Under the pieces are notes generated by a model, which worked only from the letters and a program-made list of their open reading frames with translations, was not told where the DNA came from and ran no database searches. This document shows, one piece after another, positions 29,983 to 38,075 of a stretch of DNA of 64,000 nucleotides (its first letter is position 1; the number at the start of each line of letters is the position of its first letter). The DNA comes from Bdellovibrionales bacterium (GTDB taxonomy: Bacteria > Bdellovibrionota > Bdellovibrionia > Bdellovibrionales > JAGQZY01), in the NCBI GenBank assembly GCA_964230645.1, contig CAXRHT010000001.1:288001-352000 (forward strand), given 5' to 3'. The position numbers and the translations under genes are program-made.

Positions 29983-30776
29983 AAGAATTCTACCAATACG
30001 ATTATAACGAACTTAGCGTCTTCCAGACTCCCAATCTTTGGCAAACTTATCAAAGTTACAATTACATTCTTGCTAAAGAAAAAGAGGCTGTGATCTTTGA
30101 CCCCGGAGAATTCGATCCATTGGTCAATACGATTGAAAAAAACGGTCTTAAACTCACTGGAATTTACCTTACCCACCACCATAACGATCATGTCGGCGCC
30201 GTGAGGGAAATGAAAAAAAAGTATTCATGTCCAGTCTACGGTTTCAAAGAGGATCAACATCGACTTCCGCTCGTTGATCACCATTTTGAAAGCGATGCAA
30301 GACTCAAGATTTTAGATCATGAGGTACATGTCTTTCATTGGCCAGGACACACTCTAGGGCTTTGTGCTTTTTATTTCCCCAAAGAGGAACTACTTTTCTC
30401 AAACGATCATATATTTAGTCTTGGCTGTGGTCGCGTTTTTGAAGGTACCTTTGAACAAATGTACAATAACCTTGAACGCGTCAAAGAGTTACCAAAAAGC
30501 ACTAAAATTTTCCCCTCCCATGAATACACAGCCGCAAACCTTGAGTTTTCACGCAGCATTCTGCCCGACGACAAAAAACTACAAAACTTGCAAGACTCCA
30601 TTAATAAAAAACTCTCCTCTGAAATTCCAACAGTCCCCACTCAACTTGATTTTGAACTAAAGAATAATCTCTTCCTAAGAACCCATGAGGAAGACTTAAA
30701 GAAAGCTTTAAATCTTTCCGGTCAATCCGACGCCGAGGTTTTTGCCGAACTAAGACGCCTCAAGGACGCCTTCTAA
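29979..30776 (+). CDS. gloB: Hydroxyacylglutathione hydrolase (glyoxalase II)
   Basis: Motifs THHHNDHVG, PGHT, GCGRVFEGT, HEYT and N-x-FLR. Confidence 0.9.
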   Translation: MKEFYQYDYNELSVFQTPNLWQTYQSYNYILAKEKEAVIFDPGEFDPLVNTIEKNGLKLTGIYLTHHHNDHVGAVREMKKKYSCPVYGFKEDQHRLPLVDHHFESDARLKILDHEVHVFHWPGHTLGLCAFYFPKEELLFSNDHIFSLGCGRVFEGTFEQMYNNLERVKELPKSTKIFPSHEYTAANLEFSRSILPDDKKLQNLQDSINKKLSSEIPTVPTQLDFELKNNLFLRTHEEDLKKALNLSGQSDAEVFAELRRLKDAF

Positions 30777-30778
30777 GT

Positions 30779-31008
30779 GTCTTCCTGAGCACAAATGTCA
30801 TCCTGAGCTTAGCGCCCAGTCATCCTGAGCGTAGCGAAGGATCTTTGGTCTTGAGCGACTACAATATGTCGTCTTGAGCGAAGCGAAAGACCTTAGATCC
30901 TTCGCTACGCTCAGGATGACTGGGCACTACGCTCAGGATGACTGGGCACTACGCTCAGGATGACTGGGCACTACGCTCAGGATAATTTGGCGCTAAGCTC
31001 AGGAAGAC
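30779..31008. repeat. REP-like hairpin cluster 4 (large imperfect palindrome)
   Basis: Full units at 30819-30844, 30868-30893 and 30895-30920 (inverted); three perfect tandem CTACGCTCAGGATGACTGGGCA 22-mers at 30905-30970. Confidence 0.92.
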
Positions 31009-31032
31009 CCGGCGCAAGGAGCTGCCAGTTAA

Positions 31033-31401
31033 TTATAGACTTTTTTGCGACTTGTGATTCTTACCTTTGAATTCTGATATCGGATATTTTAGGGCGTTTT
31101 TTTTCATCTTCTCTGCAAAGCAAGAGCTCAGGTCAAAATCATATCTCTGACTAAAACGAAGCAAGAAAAAGAGAACATCAGCAAGCTCCTCACCGATGGC
31201 TTGCCTCTTGTCAGGATGCTTGAGAATTTCTTCCTCTTGCTCAGCTGTCTGAAAGCGAAATATCTCTAACAGTTCTGCGGCTTCTGTAACAGCTCCGATG
31301 GCGAGGTCTTTGGGTCCATGGAAGGGATCCCAGTCCCGTTGTTCACAAAAATTTTGTATCTGTTTTTTTAACTCTTCTACATTCGTTGTTTGATCATTCA
31401 C
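31033..31401 (-). CDS. MazG-like nucleotide pyrophosphohydrolase (dCTPase-like)
   Basis: Motifs RDWDPFH-x-PKDL, EAAELLEIF, EELADV and KM-x-x-N-x-x-KYP. Confidence 0.88.
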   Translation of the reverse strand: MNDQTTNVEELKKQIQNFCEQRDWDPFHGPKDLAIGAVTEAAELLEIFRFQTAEQEEEILKHPDKRQAIGEELADVLFFLLRFSQRYDFDLSSCFAEKMKKNALKYPISEFKGKNHKSQKSL

Positions 31402-32198
31402 TTTGGAAATTTCCCTTGCAGTCTGTGAGAGACAAAATCTAGGGCCTTTGGCAAAAGATCTTTATGACAAGCGATCACTCCCCTATTGAGATAGTCCTCT
31501 TTGCCGTACTCCATATTTTTCATGGTTTTTAATTCATATAAAACACATCCGGCCTCCTCGAGAATCACTTGCGCGGCCGCGGTATCCCACTCAGAGGTTG
31601 GGCCAAAGCGTAGATAAAGGTCCACCTCACCCTTGGCGATGTCACAGAACTTCAAGGCTGAGCCCTTTTCTCGGATGTCTCCAATATTGAAAGCTTTAAC
31701 CACCTCGTCCTTCCAAGGCTTTTTGTGGAACCCACTCGAATAGACCACCAATCGGTCGGCCGCTCCTTCATGAGTGATTTTTTCTTGTTCACAAAAAGCG
31801 CCGCGTCCACGGACCGCCCAATAAAGTTTTGAATTTATCGGGTCGTAGATGCCACCATAGGTGGGAATTCCATCCACCAAGAGGCCGACACAAATGGCGT
31901 ACTCGGGCTCGCCACGGGCAAAGTACTTTGTGCCGTCCAGCGGATCCACTAGGAAATAGGAGTCGCCCTCTGAGGGCGGGATGGCTGGCAAGTCTTCCTC
32001 ACTGACCACCAGAAATCCGGTTTTTTTAAGCTCCCTGGTTAAAAAATCACTCACCCTCTCGTCGGCCTCGGTCACTGGAGAGCCATCTTCTTTAGCAACA
32101 GGAACACGCATTTGAGGATCTTTGGCCAAATTCTCTAGTAATATTCCGGCTTTATAGAGGATTCCGTTAATTTCGTCGGGATCAAAGTTTAAAGACAT
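31398..32198 (-). CDS. cysQ: CysQ/inositol-monophosphatase-family 3'(2'),5'-bisphosphate nucleotidase
   Basis: Motifs KEDGSPVTEAD, SEE, DPLDGTK, GSALKFC and TSEWDTAAA. Confidence 0.85.
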   Translation of the reverse strand: MSLNFDPDEINGILYKAGILLENLAKDPQMRVPVAKEDGSPVTEADERVSDFLTRELKKTGFLVVSEEDLPAIPPSEGDSYFLVDPLDGTKYFARGEPEYAICVGLLVDGIPTYGGIYDPINSKLYWAVRGRGAFCEQEKITHEGAADRLVVYSSGFHKKPWKDEVVKAFNIGDIREKGSALKFCDIAKGEVDLYLRFGPTSEWDTAAAQVILEEAGCVLYELKTMKNMEYGKEDYLNRGVIACHKDLLPKALDFVSHRLQGKFPK

Positions 32199-32307
32199 AT
32201 CTCTCCTAGTATGTGATGCGTGCAAAAATGTTAAGTTTTTATTGCGGGTTGGGGCTGTGCGTGTTACTTGTCGGTGCTTACGTTAATCAAAGACCGAGGA
32301 ATTTGCT

Positions 32308-32487
32308 ATGGCGAAAAAAGGAAAAGTTCGAATCATAACTCTTGAGTGCACCGAAGCCCGTAAACTAGGCCAACCCCCTTCTCGCTACACAACGAAGAAG
32401 AACTTCCAAACTCATCCAGAAAGATTGGAAAAAAAGAAGTACAACCCTTTCCTAAGAAAGCACACTGTACATAAAGAAATTAAGTAA
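32308..32487 (+). CDS. rpmG: 50S ribosomal protein L33
   Basis: Hand translation: [59 protein letters not shown] (59 aa). GAGGA RBS; absent from the ORF track. Confidence 0.95.
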   Translation: MAKKGKVRIITLECTEARKLGQPPSRYTTKKNFQTHPERLEKKKYNPFLRKHTVHKEIK

Positions 32488-32507
32488 ATTTCTTATTTCT
32501 TTTGCGA

Positions 32508-32544
32508 AATAAAAAAAGGGATTCATTAGAATCCCTTTTTTATT
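32508..32544. terminator. Bidirectional intrinsic terminator
   Basis: AATAAAAAAAGGGATTC-atta-GAATCCCTTTTTTATT between the convergent rpmG and TPR genes. Confidence 0.85.
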
Positions 32545-32579
32545 GCCTTATTTTAGGCTTATAAAGCTTTTAAGACCAC

Positions 32580-33881
32580 CTACATAGCCTGGCTATCAAC
32601 CTCACTGTCCTCGTCAGTCTTGGCGTATTTTTCAGGATTTAAGCGCATATCTTCGGTTTTGGTATACTCAAGCCACTGATCCGCTTGTCGCTCCACCTTT
32701 TTGGAAGCTTTCTTAGCCTCCTTAAAAGAGTCAGAAGCCGCATCAAACTTTTTGAGATTAAAATTGGCAACTCCAAGAGCCATATGCACATGTTGTGGGT
32801 TACGAATACTTCCCTTTTTAAGGCCTTGAGAAAGATACTTAGAGGCTTTCTCCCAGTTCTCTTGCTCGAGATAAATTCGCCCTTGTTTTGCAAAGATACG
32901 ACCGTCTTCAGCCATCTTAGCCGACTGAGCATAGGCCTCAAGACCCTTGTCCATCTCTTCAGCAGCCACCCAGGCATCTCCCAGGATCTCGTAGTTCTTC
33001 TGAGATTTTTTAACCTTACCCTCTTTGAGAGATTTCTCTAGAAGTTTGGCGCCTTTTAATGGAATTCCACCATAAATGAACAAACTTACAAGATTCATAA
33101 TCTCCGAGTCTTGCTCAAGGTAGTTTCCTTTTTCAGCAAGTTCCATGGTCGCTAAAGCTTTTTTATTCTCTTCGAGGTTGAGGTAAACACCCGTGAGCTG
33201 CTTCCAATATTTTTTCTTTTGTGGGTACATGCCCGTGAGCTTTTCTAACAAACGACCGGCTTCTTTAAAACGCTCAAGTTGATAGTTCATAGCCACAGCG
33301 AATGCCAACCAGGACTCCTGAGGTTTTTTGCTCATATCAATAGCTTTTGTCACAAGCTCGAGAGCTGCTTTTTCTTTTTTCATTTGAGCGAAAATCGTGG
33401 CTTTTAAAACGTAGGCTTCAGGGCTTGGCTCATCAGCCAGCTTGAACCACAAATCCACTGTTTTAAGAGCTTCGGTGTACTTTTCTTGAGAAACTTGGAT
33501 TTGCCCCACCATATAGAGTGTAGAAAGGGTGGCTCCATAAGGAAGAGCCTTAAGTTCCAAGGACTTTTTCATATATTCAATAGCATTGCCAAACTGATCC
33601 TTTTGAGCGTAGGCGTGCCCCATTGCTTGAAGCACCTGTGCGAGCTCATGAGGCCGAGAGGCCGTTGATTTTTCGAGGCGTTTTAATACATCAAGAGCAT
33701 CGTTGATCTTGTCTTTGCCCAAAAGAGAATGAGCTCTCGAAAGCCTGCGGTGAGTTCCCTTGGAGGTCAGCGCGGCACTTCGACTCTTTAGCTCTTCTTT
33801 AGAAATATCTAAGAAAGCTTGAGAGAAGTTAAAACTCACAAGAGTTAAAACTAGTAGAGCTGTTTGAATAGATTTTTTCAT
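32580..33881 (-). CDS. Periplasmic TPR protein (TtpD-like)
   Basis: Signal peptide, TPR-like helical repeats and P-x-K-K-x-YW-x-QL; last gene of the TonB operon. Confidence 0.8.
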   Translation of the reverse strand: MKKSIQTALLVLTLVSFNFSQAFLDISKEELKSRSAALTSKGTHRRLSRAHSLLGKDKINDALDVLKRLEKSTASRPHELAQVLQAMGHAYAQKDQFGNAIEYMKKSLELKALPYGATLSTLYMVGQIQVSQEKYTEALKTVDLWFKLADEPSPEAYVLKATIFAQMKKEKAALELVTKAIDMSKKPQESWLAFAVAMNYQLERFKEAGRLLEKLTGMYPQKKKYWKQLTGVYLNLEENKKALATMELAEKGNYLEQDSEIMNLVSLFIYGGIPLKGAKLLEKSLKEGKVKKSQKNYEILGDAWVAAEEMDKGLEAYAQSAKMAEDGRIFAKQGRIYLEQENWEKASKYLSQGLKKGSIRNPQHVHMALGVANFNLKKFDAASDSFKEAKKASKKVERQADQWLEYTKTEDMRLNPEKYAKTDEDSEVDSQAM

Positions 33882-34057
33882 ATCAGTTGTCCCCTTGGTT
33901 TCCTACCACTTTGCTTTTTACCAATTTCTGGTTCACCTAGCGAAGGAAGTTTTACCAAAAATAACGCGTTTTGTCAGCATCCTCAGAATTGATGAAAGTA
34001 TTACAGGATAATCTGTACATCCTCTAAACAGCTCTGAGAGCGGATAGCAGGCTCAAA

Positions 34058-34690
34058 CTACTCCAACTTGAAGTCCAATTGAACCTTTTCGCCTCGTTTA
34101 ACCACTGGTTTGCCGCCTTCAATCTGTGGCTTGTACTTCCATTTGAGAAGGGCTCTTTTGGCCGCCATATCGAAAACACGCCGAGGTTTTGAATCGAGAA
34201 CCTCCACATTGCTAACAGCCCCGGTTTCAGTGATATCAAAGGACAAACGAACCCATCCCGTAATTCCCTGCATGGCTGCTTTACGAGGGTATTGAGGCTC
34301 TATTCGTACAATCGGTGTGACGGCACTCCCTGTACCACCACTTCCGGCCGCTCCCAAATAGGGTCCATTCCCTTTTAATGAGGTGCTCATTTTAGGAAGA
34401 TTCATATTCATCTGAGGCTTATTCGGTTGGTCGGCGGCCACCGCTAACTTTTGAGGAGGTGGTGGTTTCTTTGGTTCTGGCGGTTTTTTAGGAAGTTGTC
34501 TTTTCCTTTCTTGCACTGTGGTATCTCTTTTGACTCGCACAAATTCAATGAAGTTTTCAGAATCATCCGACTTGTTGAGATTTTGCCCCCCTGAAATCAG
34601 TTGGGACATTAAATAAAAAAGAGAGAAGCTAACGACGACCCCAAGGCCCCCGGCTTTTGCTAATCGAAGACTCGCAGAACTATTCATCAT
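34058..34690 (-). CDS. tonB: Energy transducer TonB
   Basis: N-terminal TM, Pro/Lys-rich linker, PQYP-x-x-A...G-x-V and KWKYKP. Confidence 0.92.
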   Translation of the reverse strand: MMNSSASLRLAKAGGLGVVVSFSLFYLMSQLISGGQNLNKSDDSENFIEFVRVKRDTTVQERKRQLPKKPPEPKKPPPPQKLAVAADQPNKPQMNMNLPKMSTSLKGNGPYLGAAGSGGTGSAVTPIVRIEPQYPRKAAMQGITGWVRLSFDITETGAVSNVEVLDSKPRRVFDMAAKRALLKWKYKPQIEGGKPVVKRGEKVQLDFKLE

Positions 34691-34695
34691 AGACC

Positions 34696-35106
34696 TTATC
34701 CACCTGACCCTGGCGCCGCAGAAACAGAGATGCTTTCTACACCGGCCAATCGGATTTGATCCATTACCTGAACTAGGATTCCCGTCTCAGACAATTTATC
34801 AGCTTGAATGACAACAGTTCCCTCAGGACTCTCGGCATGCAATCTTTCTATGTTGGCTCTAACTGAGCGAATATCCACTCGACGCTTTTGAATCCAAATC
34901 TCTCCCGTCTGAGATATACCCACAAGGATAGAAGCTCGTTCTTTTTTCTTGGCAGTGGAAGCAGAAGGACGGTTAACGTCAATTCCTGATTCTTTTACAA
35001 ATGAAGTTGTTACGATAAAGAAAATCAACATGATAAAAACCACGTCGAGCATTGGGGTCAAATCGATTCCCGCATCTTCTTCCTGGTTTTGTCTACGTCT
35101 TCTCAT
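34696..35106 (-). CDS. exbD: Biopolymer transporter ExbD
   Basis: Motifs IDLTPMLDVVFIMLIFFIVT, IQAD and VMD. Confidence 0.93.
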   Translation of the reverse strand: MRRRRQNQEEDAGIDLTPMLDVVFIMLIFFIVTTSFVKESGIDVNRPSASTAKKKERASILVGISQTGEIWIQKRRVDIRSVRANIERLHAESPEGTVVIQADKLSETGILVQVMDQIRLAGVESISVSAAPGSGG

Positions 35107-35118
35107 AAAGTTTATCCT

Positions 35119-35640
35119 TTAACTTAAAGGGAGCGAGTCAGCGAGTTTCTGCTGCTCCTTTTTGGCTTTTGATTCAAGTAGGCTTCCAAAATAGAGTCCG
35201 GATAGGGCTGCTACCATTCCCGCCATTGTAGGAATCGTCGCCATCGAAATTCCTGAAGCCATAAGTCGAGCGTTTCCTGTTCCCGTTTCGGCCATAACAT
35301 CAAACACTGCGATCATTCCGGTCACTGTACCAAGCAGTCCTAATAGAGGGCACATGGCCACTAACATTTTAATAAACGAAATGTTTTGGCTAAGTCTTGT
35401 CGACATTTTCGAAATCTTCATTTGGCGGATTTTATGGGCATGCCAAGAGGATCTTTCACTGCGGGCTTGCCAAGACTCCACCGCCTGTTCTTTTTCCTTT
35501 GGAAATTCATTTTTGTAATACATGAATCTTTCGATAATAAGAGACCATAGCAGAACCAAGGTAAAGAGAATCATCCAAAGGACATTCCCTCCTCTCTCCA
35601 TAAAATCTCGAATGACATCAACGATATCCAGAACGAACAT
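35119..35640 (-). CDS. exbB: ExbB (MotA/TolQ/ExbB family)
   Basis: Motifs PLLGLLGTVTGMI and GISMATIPTMAG. Confidence 0.88.
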   Translation of the reverse strand: MFVLDIVDVIRDFMERGGNVLWMILFTLVLLWSLIIERFMYYKNEFPKEKEQAVESWQARSERSSWHAHKIRQMKISKMSTRLSQNISFIKMLVAMCPLLGLLGTVTGMIAVFDVMAETGTGNARLMASGISMATIPTMAGMVAALSGLYFGSLLESKAKKEQQKLADSLPLS

Positions 35641-35643
35641 AAA

Positions 35644-36981
35644 TTAAGCCTTGCCACCTTTTTCAGCTCTCTGGGCGACCATTCCAGCACTCTCTTCCTC
35701 TAGAATTTGTACAAGCCCTTTGGACTTAGTCGCTACTAGATTGTGAAGTAAAAGAAGTGGGATGGCACAAACAAGTCCAAGAACCGTTGTGATCAGGGCT
35801 TGAGAAATACCACCGGCCATAAGCTTGGGATCTCCAGTACCGAACAAAGTAATCGATTGGAATGTGGCAATCATACCAGTCACTGTCCCAAGGAGACCAA
35901 GGAGAGGAGCGACGGCTGCCAAAATCTTGATCGTACCAATTCTTTTTTCAAGAGGTGGTGTACTTTTAAGGATTGCCTCATCCATTTTAAGTTCAAGAGT
36001 TTCAAGATCACGAGTTTTATTTTCCTCAAAAGCCAGCATGATTTTACCAAGAGCATTGTCATTAGAGGCTGTGGAGTTACCCATTTGCTTTTTAATTTTA
36101 TCGCCCTCTTCTTTCAGAGTTTTTACTCTTTCAAGAACAAGTCCAATTCCAAGGAAAAGTAAGGCAATAATGACATACCCAACAAGTCCACCCTGCTGGA
36201 TTCTCTCCCAAAAACTAGGAGCTCTTACAAGCATAGATAGTAAAGAGCCGCGGGACGGGTCGATGGCAAAGGCTTCGTAACCACTTTTGGCTTCTACTAA
36301 GTCATCTATTGTTCCTGTATAACGTCCTGAAGGCTGCCTGGCTAACTCCACCACTTGACCTGTTGACGGTTGGTAGTCGAGGTAGATGCCTTGACTAACA
36401 AGGTTGAAAGCTCCCACTCGAGTGACCTGTTGCTCGGCTTTTTCACCGTCTGTTTTAACAACTGTGGTTTTGAATGTGGTTGTCTTTCCTGTTTCAGTCA
36501 TTTGGCGCTGAAGTTCGTACCAAAGCTTTTCTAACTCAGGTATTCCGGGAAGACTTTTCGTGCTTGCCATTTTCTGTGCAAACTTCTCTCTGCCTTGTAT
36601 TTGCGCGGACACCACGGAGTTTTCAACCACTCCCTTGAAGTCACCAGCGACCTGCCGAACCACACCGAACATCTCACCAAGAGTCCCCATGGCTAAGTTT
36701 AGTTCTTCTTCAAGCTTTGCTAGCTTTTTGTCGTTTTTTTCAAAGATTCCCGTTAATCGAGCGGTTTCTCTTTCGAGCTCATTGAGCTCGGCTTGAGCTT
36801 CACGAAGAAGAGCTTGTTGCTTATTCTTTTCTTTTACGAAACGCGCTTCTCTTTCTCTGTACTCTTTAGACTGGGTGATACTTTCCTGTCTCACCTTTTG
36901 TAACAACTCATCGAGAGTGGCTCCGTAAGAAAGGGCAGGAACTAGTAAAAATGTGGCGATTAAAATATTAAAGAGTTTCAA
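35644..36981 (-). CDS. Large MotA/TolQ/ExbB-family protein with a periplasmic domain (TtpC-like)
   Basis: Signal peptide, coiled coil, DPSRG, then PLLGLLGTVTGMI...GDPKLMAGGISQAL. Confidence 0.88.
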   Translation of the reverse strand: MKLFNILIATFLLVPALSYGATLDELLQKVRQESITQSKEYREREARFVKEKNKQQALLREAQAELNELERETARLTGIFEKNDKKLAKLEEELNLAMGTLGEMFGVVRQVAGDFKGVVENSVVSAQIQGREKFAQKMASTKSLPGIPELEKLWYELQRQMTETGKTTTFKTTVVKTDGEKAEQQVTRVGAFNLVSQGIYLDYQPSTGQVVELARQPSGRYTGTIDDLVEAKSGYEAFAIDPSRGSLLSMLVRAPSFWERIQQGGLVGYVIIALLFLGIGLVLERVKTLKEEGDKIKKQMGNSTASNDNALGKIMLAFEENKTRDLETLELKMDEAILKSTPPLEKRIGTIKILAAVAPLLGLLGTVTGMIATFQSITLFGTGDPKLMAGGISQALITTVLGLVCAIPLLLLHNLVATKSKGLVQILEEESAGMVAQRAEKGGKA

Positions 36982-37795
36982 CTTGGGCCTCCACCGGTGC
37001 GGGTACTGGCATTTCTAAGAGCTCAGGGGCTGACTGCTTACGCGCCATCTTAAGACCCTGAAGGATCGGTTTACGATAACTGCTTGAAAGTTCTTTCCAC
37101 TTACGTTCTTTTTGATCCCAATAACCTTGAGTTTCTCCATCAAGGGTTTGATAAACCAAAGAGACTCTTCCAACGCGAAGAAAGTCCACTGTTAACTCTT
37201 TACCATCGACTGTCTGCAGCCCACGGTAAGCCTCAATCGTTCTTCCGTATTCGTTCTCAATTTGGAAAGCTTCCAAAATATTACGAAACTTTTCTGAAGT
37301 AGAGACTTTCGCCTTGTCCATTAACTTTTTTAAGTTGGCGATTCGACGACTTCTTTCTTTTGGAAGAAAGGGAACGTCCAGCTCCACAAATTTTTCAAGG
37401 CTTGCAAGCATGCGAAGCATAAGAGGAAAAATTTCTTTATTGGTGTTTTGGAGCTGCTCGATTTGTTTAGCAATCGAGGTCATCTCGTTTTCTTGAGAAT
37501 CAATCAGTTTTCGCAACTGATCGTTATAGACTTTCGCATTTTCTATACGTCGCAAAGTCGCGCGGTATTCATCTACGATGGTTCTGGTTTTCTCCGCCGT
37601 TTCTGAGACTCGCTCCTGTGAATCTTTGGCCGCCTTGTCGACTTTCATTTGCTCTTTCTGTGTGTCTTTAAGCTTCTTTTCCTGAGCCTTTAGCTCAGGG
37701 GTTGTCATGAAGCTGACAGTAAAAAGCGATATTAAAACGACAAGAGTCAAAACCCGACTCGCTCTCTTTGATTGTCTGTTATATAAGCTATTCAT
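36968..37795 (-). CDS. DUF3450-family periplasmic protein (TtpB-like)
   Basis: Coiled coil and motifs FVELDVPF, SEKFR, ENEYGRTI and FLRVGRV; first gene of the TonB operon. Confidence 0.82.
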   Translation of the reverse strand: MNSLYNRQSKRASRVLTLVVLISLFTVSFMTTPELKAQEKKLKDTQKEQMKVDKAAKDSQERVSETAEKTRTIVDEYRATLRRIENAKVYNDQLRKLIDSQENEMTSIAKQIEQLQNTNKEIFPLMLRMLASLEKFVELDVPFLPKERSRRIANLKKLMDKAKVSTSEKFRNILEAFQIENEYGRTIEAYRGLQTVDGKELTVDFLRVGRVSLVYQTLDGETQGYWDQKERKWKELSSSYRKPILQGLKMARKQSAPELLEMPVPAPVEAQVETL

Positions 37796-38026
37796 AATAC
37801 CTCTCGAATAATCGCAGCCCGAGATACTAACCTCCCAATCCTCGAAAAATCAAGAATTGAATCGATTTCACGGGGCTCCTCTTCTCAAATAAACAATTTA
37901 AACTCTAAAAACAAATTGAGGCTCTTTAAAGTCCCCTAACACCCCAGTTCAATCAACGCTCCTTGTCTGACACAACCAGCCTGCTTTTTAGGCGCCTTAG
38001 CATTTAGCAATCCAAACAAAGCCAAT

Positions 38027-38056
38027 AAAAAAAAGGGAGTTAACTCTCCCTTTTTT
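38027..38056 (-). terminator. Intrinsic terminator after TonB-dependent receptor 1
   Basis: A8-GGGAG-ttaact-CTCCC-T6. Confidence 0.75.
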
Positions 38057-38075
38057 CTTCAAACCCGTTGAATTT

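Noticed and set aside
30905..30983. Tandem 22-bp repeats as a CRISPR array
   Set aside because: There are no unique spacers, the period is too short, there are no cas genes, and the units are fragments of the dispersed hairpin family.
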